A stretch of 64,000 nt of DNA from Carcharhinus amblyrhynchos (taxonomy: Eukaryota): assembly GCA_965287045.1 (NCBI GenBank), contig OZ336870.1, positions 106,268,001-106,332,000 on the forward strand, read 5' to 3'. How positions within the stretch are numbered: the first letter of the stretch is position 1; every line of letters begins with the position of its first letter. Made by a program: the position numbers and the translations under genes. The notes under the pieces are model-generated. The model worked only from the letters and a program-made list of their open reading frames with translations, made no database searches and was not told the origin of the DNA. Below are positions 26,501-40,249 of the stretch, one piece after another.

Positions 26501-26600
26501 GGGGACTGCCTGACATGAATGAAATCGTAGTGATTAGTGGGACATGCTGGTCCCTCCCACTGTCAGAGACAGCCTGTAGTATCCATTTTCTACATCAATC
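23565..26600 (-). mobile_element. Near full-length decayed RTE-clade LINE (5' UTR may extend to ~27180)
   Basis: Endonuclease piece SIY...LLRDCNARVG (25793-26095), RT piece EKIGCP...SRVKRGCVLTPTHFGILFSLLL (24579-24809) and C-terminal RVWNNNNLTENAKLHIYQAC...LLYNGEKWTTY (23913-24233) occur in colinear order. Confidence 0.9.
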
Positions 26601-28632
26601 CAGTTGGGCTTAACTGCTGCCTCCCGTGTTCAGTTAATATTCTACAGTGAAACTGGAGTACCATCTCCAGTACACAAACATGGGCAAAATTTATAGAGAC
26701 CTTGAGCTGCCCAAATGTCAGGGTCTCCCTCGCAACCTCCTTGTTTGAGTCTAAAGGAATGTAAAGCACTATGTTTAGCATTGGCTTGGTTGTAGGAGTT
26801 ACCAGGAAGATAACATATTTAGATATTGGTCTGTCTTTGGACTCCAATTCAGATTTTTTGGCCTTTTCCAAGTTCTCCCAAGCTATCCCCAAGGCAATGG
26901 AGTTATTGGGCTTGGATGGGAATTTGAAATCATAAGTGTTAGGGCATATCCACATATTAGTGGACCTGCACACTGCTTGTCTGGAGGTAAAACCTTCTCA
27001 AAGCTTCTCTAAAGATTTAGCTTGGGCCATGAGAGACTCAGTTTCTGTGTGTGATGACAAGGAGCAAAGCTGAGTACTTGCCGATCAAGAGGCTGTGTAC
27101 TGACAGGGAGGGATTCACACATCTGGCTCTTTTGCGCATTGCTGCTAGCCAGCAGCATAGGCTGAAAATAGGAAGCAAATTAGCAACTAAAATAGGAAGC
27201 ATGTTTACTCAGTTCACCTCACACAATATGCATCATTCATAGAACATAGAACACTACAGCACAAACAGGCCCTTCAGTCCACAAGTTGCGCTGATCATAT
27301 CCTTACCTATCATATCGACAAGCCAGCAATGCTGGGAAGGCATATTTTCTTTGTGCACTTAAAGATGATTGACAGTCTGATTGAAGTCTAGTTTTTTGAA
27401 TTCAGTTTTTATACTTTTTCTATCGCATTTGCTTGAGGTTTTCCCTTTTTTTGCATTTTTGCTTCATTCCGTTCCATTCTGCTCCATTTATGCCTTTTAA
27501 GCATCTGCAGTTTCAGCTATGACAAATCAGAGGATGAAAATTCCTCTGCATATGACACTCTGGAATGTGTCATCTTCCAAAAAGGCAATGAACTCATTCC
27601 TGCCATCTCCACTCAAGTCCCCGTTGCTAGACCCTGCTCAGTGATCTGCTCCCTTGATAAGTTCAATAACCTGCATGGGAGCAGATTGCAGAACGGCAAT
27701 TAGTTATGTGGAGCCATTTTCTCTCAATTCAGTTCCCCAGTCCATGCATGAAACGCTCCTGTACATTGGAGATTGACTTGTCCTGAGGCCTAGTCAGGAA
27801 ATTGTTGAGAAAACTACAGTTGGATGTCACACCTCTATAATTACCATACAATCTATAGTATAGTTCCATTTATTGGTCATGTAACACTGGTCAAATTACT
27901 TGTTTTGTTTGTTGGCTCTACCATTTTGTCTTCAATGCCTGGGCTCAGCTGCAACAGAGGACTTGACCTGACTCTCTGTCCAGCAAAGTTTTTTATTCCT
28001 CCATTGATACCCCTGCCTATTCTTCTTCTTTTGTGTTCCATAACTCACCCAGCATTTCCTCCTATATATCACTAACTGAACCTCACCACCAGAGTAAATG
28101 TATCTGCATCAATGTTGCCAATGTTAGCATGTATTATGTGCTATTGGCTAAACCACAGACTTTAACTTAAAGGTGGCCTCATTCTAAACTAAACAGCAAC
28201 TTGAGAATGCTGGCAGTGATGTGTCTATTAAAAGAAAGCTTTCATGGCAGTATGTTGTGTTCCTGTGGTGCGACTATCTAGTGTTTGTCGAAAAGGTATT
28301 TAAACTTAAGTGAATGATTAGGAAGAAGAAAAAATAAGCAAATACTTGTCTTAACTCTTGGATAGGACTCTAAATTAAAATTAAATGCACAGAAAAATGT
28401 AATTTTATCAGATGAAAAGTCACAATCTGGGGCTGTACAATTTCCTGATATGCTTTCACAATGAAAAATCTTCATTCAGGATCATAGAGTTTGGTAATGA
28501 TGTTGGTTTTATTCAAGGACTTAATGTGGTGTTGTGCCATCCTATTTTGTAGCTCCCTCCTTGAACCTCTCCAGTCAAATTTGCTTCCTTGTGACTGCAC
28601 AAAAATGGCCTGAACAAATTAAATAATAAATG

Positions 28633-29010
28633 TCATTCTCTGTGACAGTGACTTGAATAGTTACCACTCCACAACATCCTGAACCTCTTTGCCATGTTTG
28701 ACATGATCAACCATATCCTCCTCCAAAACCTCACATTGTCCTGCTCAGTAGGGAAACTCTTATGTGGTTCTACCCTTACATATCTGACAAGGATATTTCT
28801 GTCAATGGCCTTTCTTACTATCAGCTCACAAGTAAGCCAAGAATCCACCTTTGGCACCCTCCTCTTCCTCATCCTCTGGTTTCTCTGTAGATATATTGTC
28901 AGCCTGTATGTGTATTCTAATGATACCTAATTCTATTTGATGGTAATCTCCATCAAACTGTCCAATGCCAATTGTTATCAAATTGCTTGTCTAATGATTA
29001 GTTTGGATAA
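28633..29010 (+). mobile_element. Old L2 LINE RT fragment
   Basis: MFDMINHILLQNL and SQESTFGTLLFLI resemble L2 AFDT.DH.ILL..L and PQGS.LGPLLF.I. Confidence 0.65.
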
Positions 29011-30312
29011 TGGAAAATGATCATTCACTGGTTTAGGAAAAACACAACCCTTTTTTTTTCAGGGTTTAACTACACAGAGGCTTGCAGCCTTGTGGTTACA
29101 ATCAGCTCCCGAAATGACTCTAAGACTGAAGCCTGCACTTACAACTGTGGTCCCCTGCCCTGCTTCTTGACTGCTTCCCTGGGTTATGTGACCCTTACTC
29201 TACAGATTGATTCTGAAAGGAGCAACCACAGATAAGACATATTTTCCTTTTGATTGACATTGGGAAGAGCTAAGCCACTATCTCTGGTTCCAGTTGAATT
29301 TAGCACAATTCCACAGCCACAATCCCATGCTAAACCCAACCACGTGCAATCTTGGCATTTCATGGACCTTGAGCTGATCCTCTCTACCATAATGTTTGAC
29401 TAATTCGACCTTTGTAACATAAGCTGTACTTGCCTCGGCAGTGGCATTGTGAGTGGTGGCATCACCTTGAGGGACAGCATTGATGTCTATGCTCAATTTA
29501 TAGAACCATATAGGGGAATTTTAACCTTCTGGAGTATTCTTTCTCTCTCCCTCCCTCCATGATCTCTTTTTCTCTTCTTCTTTGTTGTTGTTCCCCAAAC
29601 CTCATGCTCTATTTCCCCCAACCTAACAAACTGCAATGGGCTGCGACAGCTAGTCAGTGCCTAATGATCCCCAACAGCAGTTTTCTCCAACTGCCTTTGC
29701 CATTCACTAAGCAGGCAGCCTGCAATCTTGCTCAGTGTGAAATGGAGTTTGAAAAAAAATGCTGATTGGGTCTTCAAAATAATTGGGGCAGGATTTCCAC
29801 CTTCCCATTATTTCCATGTCCTCACACTTTGCCCCACCTAAACATAAGCATCAGGATTACCGGATTGTACATCACAGAAGGAGGCCATATCTGGCTCAGT
29901 GTGAAAGAGCTATTCAATTAAACCCCTGTCCCTGCTTCACAGAAAGTGAAACCATCATCAAAATATCTGTTCTATTGTTTGTCTATTAGCTCATTCAATG
30001 TATTTCCACCTCTAGAAATTCAGCACAAACAGAAGTGCCACACTTATTTAGAATTGTGTGGAAAAAATTAGCAGTTGAGTTTAAAAAATGTTGAGTTCAT
30101 TTTGTAAATTGAGTTGCATCCATTACAAATAAATTGATACCCGACATCACCGTTCACAGAATTTTGACATCCAAATATTTTCCAGTCATATTTTAGAAGA
30201 TTAATCCACAGTTTGATTTTTCACATTGCGTTGTTCTTCATTAGCCTGCAATGTTATGATTTTATTAGTCTTCCTGGCTGATAATATCCATGAATCACCG
30301 CACAAGTCAAGG

Positions 30313-30612
30313 AATCATCATAGAACAGAATCTCCTACAGTGCAGAAGGAGGCCATTCAGCCCATCGATCACAATCCCACCTGTAACCCCACACATTTAC
30401 CCTGTTAATCTCCTAACCCCAGGGTCAATTTACCATGACCAATCAACCTAACCCACATATCTTTAGACTGAGGGAGGAAACTGGAGCACCTGGAGGAAAC
30501 CCATGCAGACATGGGGAGAACATGCAAACTCACACAGACAATGACCCGAGGCCAGAATTGAATCCAGGGCCCCGGCACTGTGAGGCAGCACTGTGTGCCA
30601 CCGTGCTGCCCC
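30313..30612 (-). mobile_element. HE1-like V-SINE
   Basis: Reverse-complement V-domain GGAGGAAACCCATGCAGACATGGGGAGAACATGCAAACT, with tRNA-like head and CR1-type tail. Confidence 0.88.
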
Positions 30613-32469
30613 TGCTCTGAGTTAAGGGCTACTAGGGTTGGGCAGGGCATTGCGTTCAGAAATTGCGATATATGCTAAATTGCACTTTATTTTATCACTC
30701 GTTGTTCCAGGCAAGGATTTATGATGATTACTGGCCCTAAGGTAAAGTTTACTGTCCGGACCAAGCGAAGGATGGTAATGAGAAGCTCAAGGCTAGTATG
30801 TCCAAAAAAATGCTCTCCCTACTATTGTTATAAATCCCACTCATTTTGAACTCATTATAGTTTATTGGACTTTTTCTGTAGTTCACATGGCAAGTCTCCA
30901 ATGACAGTAATAAGCACATTGATATATATTTCACACACCAAAGTACATTTCCTGCTGTTGGCCTTTCATTAAATGCTGCTATCTCTTCAGAATTACTGTA
31001 CCTGGAGAGTGGGTGGATAATGAGTACAGTGTGTTTGCTTCAACTGTAGAGGTGGGGAAAGCACCTTGTGATAGTGGAGTTGGCCTCCCACCAGGGAAAA
31101 AAGCTGTGGTCATTTTAATACAACAGAGAGATTATTGCAGTGGCCCAGTCTTGTGCATGGCTGGCTGTAAGCCTTGTCAGACGACAAGTATGTATTGTCC
31201 AGGTGTTTGATATATGTTGTCAAGCTGCTATGTTCTGCTAACTCAGTCTTCAAACGTTGTAAACTTAAAATATTACTTTGGCTTGCTTTTAATCTAAAGT
31301 TCAAATTTGGTACGTGCAATGTAAAACACATGGGGACATAACCAGCAAATTACCTCATCAGAACAACATTTTACAAGCTGGCCAAGCAATGAAGTGAAAC
31401 CATTTCCTCAGAGAACCCAGACTAAAGGGAACCAAGCCAACTTAATTTGAGGTACAGATTCCACTGGGGAAGGTAATATAAAGCAGAACATGAGATCTAA
31501 TAGGCCTCTACTAAGGGAGACTGTGAATGTGGGGCAGTTGGGTCAGAACTGAATCCATCTATTTGATACTATTTCATACAACTTGAATATAAAAACAAAA
31601 ATGGCAAGCCTGCAATTTTCTCCATCATTAACATGGAGGTGAGTCAAGTTTCCCTTCACCACTGGTGGGCAAGTTGCAGTTTTGAACAAGTAGTTTGGCT
31701 GTAAATATCAGAGATTTGTGTTCCTTCAAATTAGTCCAAACAAGCATCGAAAGGCTCTTTGGTTTGTAGATACCTAATCTCTGTCAATCATGGTACACAT
31801 GATTACTGTTAAAAATGTAGTCATTTCACCATCGTCAGATTCAGGTGTTGTAAGTAAGTTTCTATGCACAAGTCCATATCTACTCGCTCTGCCATTTAAG
31901 ACCCATAGCTCATGTCACCACCTCAAATCCTTTCACTATTTGTTTTTCACTATTTCACCATAAATGCATAAGAAACCCATGAAAGGAAAAAAGATTGATG
32001 ACATGAAATATCCGTTCAATGACCCTGCCTAACTCATTTTGTCTCTTTACACAAAGATTTGCACAAATGTTGCCTGATCCCAAAGGTAATCAACCCAAAC
32101 TTCTAAATAATCAGCCACCCTCACAATTTTACCATTCATTCCTTGATGTGTAACCATCCATAGCCAACATTTTTTTCCAATCGACAGCAACAACTATTGT
32201 ATCCCATGGATTACTTTATCATGTCAGTCAAAATTTGTTTTTAATTTCCTCTAATTCCATTCTCAAACAGGTATTAACCAGCCTCTACTGTTATTACTTT
32301 TCTACTTTAGTGATTGCTTGAAGTATATCTCGGACAAAAAAATAAAAACGTGGAAAGTTGACTTGGGTTTTGATGCAAAACAGATAGTATCGGATTGATC
32401 GGACTGGTAATCAGTTCTTTTGCAGATCTGATATTACTTGTTTTCACCCACAGCAAGATGGGTTTTTTT

Positions 32470-32740
32470 GGGCGGCACGATGACACCATGGTCAGCACTG
32501 CTGCCGCACACCACCAGGGGCGGGTTCCTGGCTTATGTCACAGTCTGTGTGGAGTCTGCACATTTGCCCCGTATCTGCATGGGTTTCCTCCAGGTGTTCT
32601 GGTTTCCTCCCACAGTCCAAAAGACATGCTGGTTAGGTGCATTGGCCATGCTTAATTCTCCTTCAATGCACCCGAACAGACGCCGGAGTGTAGCGACTGG
32701 GGGATTTTCATAGTAACTTCATTGCAGGGTTAATATAACC
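32470..32740 (+). mobile_element. V-SINE with the alternative tail TAACTTCATTGCAG(T)GTTAAT
   Basis: Head GGGCGGCACG and V-domain. The tail is shared with 46980-47280, 49670-49948 and 14295-14520. Confidence 0.85.
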
Positions 32741-32756
32741 CTAAGAAACAAACAAA

Positions 32757-33066
32757 CATAGAATCATAAAATCCCTATAGTGCAGAAGGAGGCCATTTGG
32801 CCCATCAAGCCTGCACCGACCACAATCCCACTCAGGCCCTATTCCCGTAACCGCATATATTTACCCTGCTAATCCTCCTGACACTAGAATTTAGCATGGC
32901 CAATCCACTTAACCTGCGCACGTTTGGACCCTGGAGGAGACCAGAGCACCCAGACACGAAGAGAATGTGCAAGCTCCACACAAACAGTGACTCAAGGTCG
33001 GAATTGAACTCGGGTCCCTGGCATTGTGAGGCAGCAGTGCTAACCACTGCGCTACCATGCCACCCA
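32757..33066 (-). mobile_element. HE1-like V-SINE, tail-to-tail with 32470-32740
   Basis: CATAGAATC tail, partial V-domain, head GCTAACCACTGCGCTACCATGCCACCC (reverse). Confidence 0.88.
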
Positions 33067-35329
33067 TAAAGGTGAATTAGAAGATCCAACTTTATTGCTG
33101 GGTTTCTAAAAAACCTAATTGACAGTGAGTTCTGTCTAGTTAATGTCCTAATTGCATTCTGTTTGCATTTTGCTAGCTCCAGGCCACAGCTACATTCAGC
33201 CTTCACAGTCCAAGCAACAGGTACGTGACTTTACCAAAATCAGCATGAACAAACACAGTTAGTGCTTTACAAAAGAATGCATTGCTTGGAAACAGCGGCA
33301 AAGAGTACATATTCAGTAAATGTCATGTGCTAGACTGATCATAGCAAAGCATGAATTTAGTGTTAACCTCAGAGCCCGCAGAAAATCAACACAATATGGG
33401 GAAAAAAAGGTAAACGCCAAATGCTAGTGAACTGGAACAAAAATACAAGTTGCTGGAAACAAATAGCAGGTCAGACAGCATCTGTGAAGAGACCAGATGG
33501 AAAAACAGAAATTTGATAAATGAGTAGGTGGCTTCATTGAGTCAGTAAAATAGTGAATGAAAGGAAGGGAAGAACAAACATGCTTCAAGCACAGGATAGA
33601 AACATAGAATCCCTACAGTGCAGAAAAGGCCACTCAGCCCATTGAGTCTGTACCGACTTTCTGACAGAGCATCTTACAGAGGCTTTCTTCCCCACCCGCA
33701 CCTGTAACCCCACACGTTTCCCATGGGACACTAAGGGGCAATTTAGGCTTGGCCAATCCACCGAATATGCACATCTTTGGAAGTATTGTTCAGAGGACCT
33801 GTAAACAGCTTAAAAGAAAAAACAGGATTTTTTAAGTGTTGCAAGTTTTGGGTCAGGAATACTGATAGAATGACAGAGCAGAGAAGGAGGTAATTTGTAC
33901 TCTTTGTGCCTGTACAAACTTGTTCCAGTCCCCTGTTCTTTCCATGTCGCCCTTCAAATGTTTCCATTTTAAGCATTAATACGTTTCCTTTTTGAAAGTT
34001 ATCATTGAATCTACTTTCTGCTTTCACGCATTGCATTGCAGGTCACAACTTGCTGTGTAAAAATTATTTTCCTTATCTCGCTTTGGGTCCTTTGTCCAAT
34101 TATCTTCAATTTGCATCCAACTCTTCTGATACTGGAAACACTTTCTTCTTATTTCTTATTTGTAACTTTGAATCCCTCCTTTAAATTTCCCCTTAACATT
34201 CTTTGCTGTAAGGAGAACAACCCAGTTTCTTTTTTTTTAATCCTTATATCTTTATTTCCTTGTAGTATTCTATTAATTCTCCTCCGCACATTCTCTAAGA
34301 TTTTGGCATATTTACTGCAGTTCAGTACCCAGAGTTGAATAAAATAGTTCACCTGGGGCTAAGCTGGAACTTATAAAAGCTAAACATTAAAAGATGTTCA
34401 ATAAACGAAGAATGTGTGACTAGTTGAAGCCATGAGAGGTGCAAACAGAGAAAAGGTTGAGAAAACATGAAAATTTAAAGCCTGGAAAATCTGCCAATCA
34501 AGTCTTGAATTAAAATATTAATATTTGTCCAAAATCCAATTTATATTGTTAATTGGAAATTGGGAACTCCTGAATTCTCCCTGTTCCTGGTTAACGTGAA
34601 AATTGTACCCAATTGTTATGTAGGAATTGTGACAGAAAACATTTGACATATCACTACTTTGATTGTGGCAATTTGGGAATTGACTCCTTTCTCCACATCG
34701 CCATATTCCTCTCCACACATTTTCCAGATCTACATTGATGCCAAGAGCCTTTTCTTTCATCATCAGTATTGGAAAATCACAATCATGTAGTCATTACAAA
34801 CATCAGTGTGATCTCTGTGGAGTGCATCTGTTCAGCAATACTGAACTCTAATGTTGTCTCATTATTGCAGCATTCTGAGGACCAAGTGATGCATGTTAAT
34901 GTTCGTTGCTAAGTGACAATGATATATACCTGTTCAGGTAATCTACAGTATAAACAGGTTTGCCCAGTCTCACAGATGCTGTAAACTCTACAAAGGTGGA
35001 CTGGTTCAAGAAAGCATGTTGGGTATCATTCTTTGACAGTCCAATTAACTGTTAATTGGTTTGTGTGGTCTCAGTAACATCTATTGTTCTGTTATTTGAA
35101 CTTTCATCTCATTCACAGTGACCTGTCTACAGATATGACTTTGCAAGCTGTCCTGGCAATAGGTGTTCAGTAAAAGAGAACAGATGCTGGAAATATGATA
35201 ATAAAAACAGAAGGAGCTGGAAGTACTCAGCCGAATCAAATGGTGTCTGGGGGGAGATTGGGGGGATAGTGGCGGTAGGGTTAGAGCAGCAGCATCAACA
35301 CTTCAGGTCTTCACCCTTTGTTAAAAAAA

Positions 35330-35800
35330 AAAGTCGCATTTATATTGTGCCTTTCGCCATCTCAGAATATCCCAAAGCACACTTTAAGACAAGAAAGTAG
35401 TTTTTTGAACTGTAGTCACTGCTGTATTATAGAAGCAGCTAACTTTCACAGAGCAAGTTCCTACAACAGCAATGAGGTAATGACCAGAAAATCTGTTTTT
35501 AGGTGTTTTTAGTGGGATGAATATTGGCCCAGGCACAGGGAGAACCAACAAGCACACTCCACCCCCTCCTTACTCCTCACCACCCACCTTCAAAATAGTC
35601 CCACAGCATCTTTTATGTTCACTTGAGAAAGAGACAGCCTCATTTTAACTGAAAGATGGCAATTCCAATATTACTGCACCCCCTCGGTACTGCATTGAAA
35701 CCCTAAGTAGATAATGGGCTTTGGTCCCTCGAGGGGGATTTTGAATCTTCAATTCTGAGTCAGAGGTGACAGTGCAACTAACTAGGTCAGGTCTGACATT
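35330..35800 (-). mobile_element. Deu-domain SINE (SacSINE1-like)
   Basis: Colinear similarity to 17060-17470. Confidence 0.6.
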
Positions 35801-35834
35801 GTGGCCGATTGAACTAGAAACTGCTGAGATCTCA

Positions 35835-36800
35835 AGACCATAAGAAATAGGAACAAGAGAAGGCTGTTCAGCCCCTCGAACCTGCCATTCAATAGGATCA
35901 TGGCTGATCCGATGTTCCTCACGTCCATTTGATTGCTCTTTCCCCACAATCCCTGATTCCCTTACTAAATTTCCAACAAAAATCTATCTCAGCCTTAAAT
36001 ATAAACAAGGACTTTGTCCCCACATCTCTCTGTGCAAGGAACTCCAAAGACTCACAATCCACAAAGAGATGGACTTTCTCCTCATCTCAATCTTAAATTG
36101 GCACCCCTTTATTCTGAGATTTTGCCCTCTGGCCCTAGACTGTCCTGTGAGAGAGATGCTACATTCCAGGAATTCATCTTCCACAGGGTTCATGCTTATT
36201 TAGTTTTAACTTAATATGCAGATCAAAGTTCCTCAAGATTACAGTATCAGCCTTGTTACATGCAGCTCTCATTTCCTGATTTAAACATACATGGCATTGC
36301 CACTATTGTTTGGTAGTCTATAAACAACTCCTAACAACTTTTGCTGCCCCTTGGAGTTTATTAGCTCCACCCAAACTGATTCTACATCTTGATCTTCTAA
36401 TTTAAGATCCTTTCTCACAAATGTACTGATCTAATCATTTATTAACAGAACTACCCACTTCTTTTCCCTTTTCACCTGTCCTTGCTAAATATCAAGCATC
36501 ATAAACTTTCAGTCCTCACTCTTGGTCATCCTGCAGCCAAGTCTCCATAATGGCAATTAGATCATACCTGTTTACTTCCACTTATGCCATCCATTTACCT
36601 ACCTTTTGCGAATGTAGTATGTATTCCGACAGAATGCCTTTAATTCTGTCTTTTTATTATTTTCATGAACTCGAGTTTTACCTGCTGGAGCAGTCTTAAG
36701 TTTATACATTCTGTCCCTTCCTGCCAAACTCTGATTATCAATTCACTTATTACCACCTTGCTTTTTTGCCTCATTGTCTCTTCTTAATTCATTACATTTT
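35835..36800 (-). mobile_element. Internally deleted CR1 LINE
   Basis: Tail CATAAGAAATAGGAACA. ORF 35984-36193 fuses an endonuclease piece (EDEFLEC) to the C-terminal RARGQNLRIKG...SLWSSL. Confidence 0.75.
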
Positions 36801-36864
36801 CCCTCACGTTAAATTTAATGATAATTGTTAATAACTATTGATCATCCTCGAGAAAGAGAGGGAC

Positions 36865-37220
36865 TGTGGTGATGTCACTAGACTAGTAATTCCGAGGCTT
36901 GGGCCAATGCTTTGGGTCATAGTTTCAAATCCCACTATGAAGCTGGTGGAATTTCAATTTACTTAATAAATCTGGAATTCTAAAGTTAGTCTCAGTAAGG
37001 GTAAGTAGAACCCCATCTGCTTCACTAATGTCCTTTAGAGAAAGAAATTTGCCATTCTTATTCTGGTCGGGCCTACCTGTGAATCCTGACCATCAGCAAT
37101 GTGATTAACACTTATCTATGCTCTGCAATGGCCTACCAAGCTATTCTGTTCAAGGACAATTAGGGTTCGGCAACAAGTGCTGGCTTTGTCAGTGACATCC
37201 ATAATCAATGAAAGAATGAA
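36865..37220 (+). mobile_element. tRNA-headed SINE with LINE-derived tail
   Basis: Box-B-like GTTTCAAATCCCAC. The 3' end CAATTAGGG...TGCTGGCTTTGTCAGTGACATCC matches the 3' terminus of the LINE at 39680 (reverse). Confidence 0.65.
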
Positions 37221-38359
37221 GAAAGGTTGAAGTGTAGACAATTAAGCCTGTCGAAACGCAATCATTCAGGTTATGAATTATTGCTGTCAAGGTTCAAATT
37301 TTTCATTTTGATTCTGTCTCCTTTGTCCGAATTAATCCAATTTGTTTTTCCCTCCCTATATTTCTTTTCTTGAGTCTGTTTGACATTGAATTCACCCACT
37401 TCAACTCACCCTTCTTCTGAGTATTTCCACTGCTTATTCTCTTTCCTTTATTCTCCCTGACTAAGGAGATACACTGTTTGTCCCATTGTTCACCAAGGTC
37501 CCAAATGGCTTGTCGTCCTCACTGCACAATCATCAACTCGCACTTCCAGCAAACTTTGTAGAGATAAAATGTAAAACCAAACCGTGCATGAATATGTTTA
37601 ACTGTGCCCTGAGATGCCCTGCTGCAGCAAAATCTGAGCCGGTGTAATTGAAGCGTGTTTGTGCTCCTATGTTACTCTGTTGGACAGCTCTGCACCCTCC
37701 ATATTATGCACCAAAACCAATGAGTCGGAAATTATGCAATGCTGATGCTCCATAAAGCTGATTCACAAAACCAATTTCTGTGGCTGCTGCAATGAAATAA
37801 AAATGTTCCTAACATTTCCAATCATACATTCTTATTCAATTACATTATTAAATGCCCTCAACCTATAAAATAGCTCTCATTTAAATTTGTCTTGTGCCTG
37901 CCTAGCTCATTCATGACAGCTGAGTCATTTTTGTGAAAGAAAATATATGACCAGAAAGAAAATCTTTATGATGTGATGTCCTCATTCTTGGGATTTAACA
38001 ACTCGTTCAGGGCTGGGTCTGTAACAATAGTTCTTGTTGATCTAGTACTGATAACTTACAAACTGGACACTCTGCTAAGTGCTCTGTTCGGAAAAATTCT
38101 GCTTATTACATTTGTTTCAAGTGAAGTAGTCCCAGGTGGAGCAGCTTATATGAAGCACTAAATTGTGACTGTATTTTATAATGGAGAGTTCTGACTAATG
38201 TACTGTATCTGGGTATAGCTTTCACTAAGGGACTAGTACACAGTGAAGCCAGGCTTGAATTGATTTTTATGGGACTATGTATGTGATCCCTAAAGTGCTT
38301 TATACCTAAAGGACAAGAAAAATGCCTTTGTGCGCATAAGATTTATAGGATAATTGTTG

Positions 38360-38900
38360 GTATAAGAGTACAATCTTTTGGTGGCAGACAGGCGGGCACT
38401 CAACACTGGAGGCCAATTCAGAGACCTTCCAGCTTGAGATGGACAGTAGGCGAGAGTGGTAGTAAGTAACAGAGAGTGCACTGCATGGAGGTGCCCTCTC
38501 ACCAAGGGTTTCAAAATAAAAAGCAGCAAAAACAGCCAGGAGGTTGGGAATGGGGGAAAAGAATTGAATGCCTATATAGGCCATCCCTTAGATGCAACAA
38601 TATCCAGACACATAAGGAGGACCTGATGCTGGGTGCCCACCTCCTGGCAATTAAACTGCATGCAGTTAGGTCCCTAAACTGGAGCCTGACTGGAAAATTC
38701 CACTCAGTCTCCTTTAGCTGCCCTTACCAAGGCACTAATTGGTTGCCGACCTCATGGGACCAAGTTGACCTGTCAGGTCCCAAATCTGCCTCGCCCAAAA
38801 TGGTTTTCAGCAGGAATGGAAGGAAGCTTGCCTGGTGCTGGTATTTTCAAGCCCCATCCGAGATCCATTCCCCAACTTCAACACAGCCTGAAAATTCCAC
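38360..38900. mobile_element. Harbinger-type MITE (related to 13070-13790, opposite orientation)
   Basis: CTTACCAAGGCACTAATTGG and a GAAAATTCCAC terminus mirror GGAATTTCC...CCCTTAAGTGACCAATTAATG at ~13140-13260. Confidence 0.45.
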
Positions 38901-38944
38901 TCTAAGTCTTTGGTAATATCATGTACTACGAGGTTCATTTGTAA

Positions 38945-39300
38945 TTTGAGAGTACCTTCATCTCATCAGGTGATGGTTTGTGCCATGGTGGTGAACTTTG
39001 TGGTGTAGTTTAGGAGTTCCACTCTGGCATAGCAATCTCTAGTGCAGAGGGGGATAGTGGGCTCACAAGGTGCAGGGTTCGCTCATGTTTTCATGAGTCC
39101 TTTTCTTGGCCAACTGTGATTTTTGTTTCTGCTTGTCTCTTCCAATACCTTTCCAAACAGTCAGCCTCCAGAGATCAAAGCCATCATCGACTGCCTCCGA
39201 GTTGTCAGAGTCAGTATCTGCCATATTTATATTTCACCTGCAGATGTCCTTCCAGCAGAGCTATAAACGCTGAGAAGGTTGTGACCCAGTGGTTAGTTCA
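38945..39300 (-). mobile_element. RTE LINE 3' fragment
   Basis: Colinear similarity to 23570-23920 (TGGTTTGTGCCAT, GTTGTCAGAGTCA, TTGTGACCCAGTGG). Confidence 0.75.
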
Positions 39301-39664
39301 CAGTTCTATAGGTGTTTGGGCATACGTCTGTCATCCATTGGATTAATGTGGCCAAGCCAGTAAAACAACATTGGTTTAGGAATGAGTGCGTGTTGTTGGA
39401 ATTAGCAAGCTCCAGGACCTCCGAGTTGATAACATTGTCCTGCCAAGGTATGCTGAGGGTGCATCTGAGACAGAGAAAGTGGAAATCATTCAGCCTTTTT
39501 CCTGCCTAGCAAATGTCATCAAAGTGTCACCACTGAAGATGCAGGCCTGGAAGACTCAGCATCTTGGTGTTCTCAGCCAGATTGCAGGGAACACAGAACA
39601 TTAATCTGTCCATTGTCAAAGGAGAAAGAGAGGAGCAACAGTGCTGCAACCCTAGACTCTCTAA

Positions 39665-40225
39665 AATTCTTTCACATGATGTAGATGTCACTGGCAAGGC
39701 CAGCATTTGTTGCCCATCTCTAATTGCCATCGAGAGGGCGGTGGAAAGTCATTTTTTTGAACCACTGTTGGTACACCCATTGTACTGTCAGGAAGAAAGT
39801 TCCAGAATTTTGACCCAGTGACAGTAAGGAATGGCAATATAGTTCCAAGTCAGGATGATGTGTGGTTTGGAAGGGAGCTTGCAGGTGGTCGTGTTCCCAT
39901 GCATCTGTTGTCCTTGTTCTTCTCAAAGGTAGAGATCTCAGGTTTGGAAGATGCTGTTGTAAGAGCCTTAGTGCATTGCGCAGTGTATCTTGTAGATGGT
40001 ACACATTGCTGTCACAGTCCCAACAGCAGAGCCATTGAATGAATATTTAAGGTAGTGAACAGGGCACCAGTCAAGTGAGCTGCTTTGTCCTGGATGCTGC
40101 CAAGCTTCTTGAGTGTTGTTTGAGCTGCATCCATCCAGGCAAAGGAAGAGTATTCCATCAAGCTCTTAACTTGTGGCTTGTAGATGGTGGACAGGCTTTG
40201 AGGAGTCAGGCAGTGAGTTATTTTT
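39665..40225 (-). mobile_element. LINE (CR1/L2 group) 3' end
   Basis: ORF 39720-40004 RLLQQHLPNLRSLPLRRTR. Homologous to 20335-20890. Confidence 0.8.
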
Positions 40226-40249
40226 GTGTACTTGCAGGTTTGTTTCGGC

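Noticed and set aside
26590-26973. 127-aa minus-strand ORF
   Set aside because: It sits immediately upstream of the RTE ORF, probably in its 5' UTR, and has no motif or convincing splice structure.
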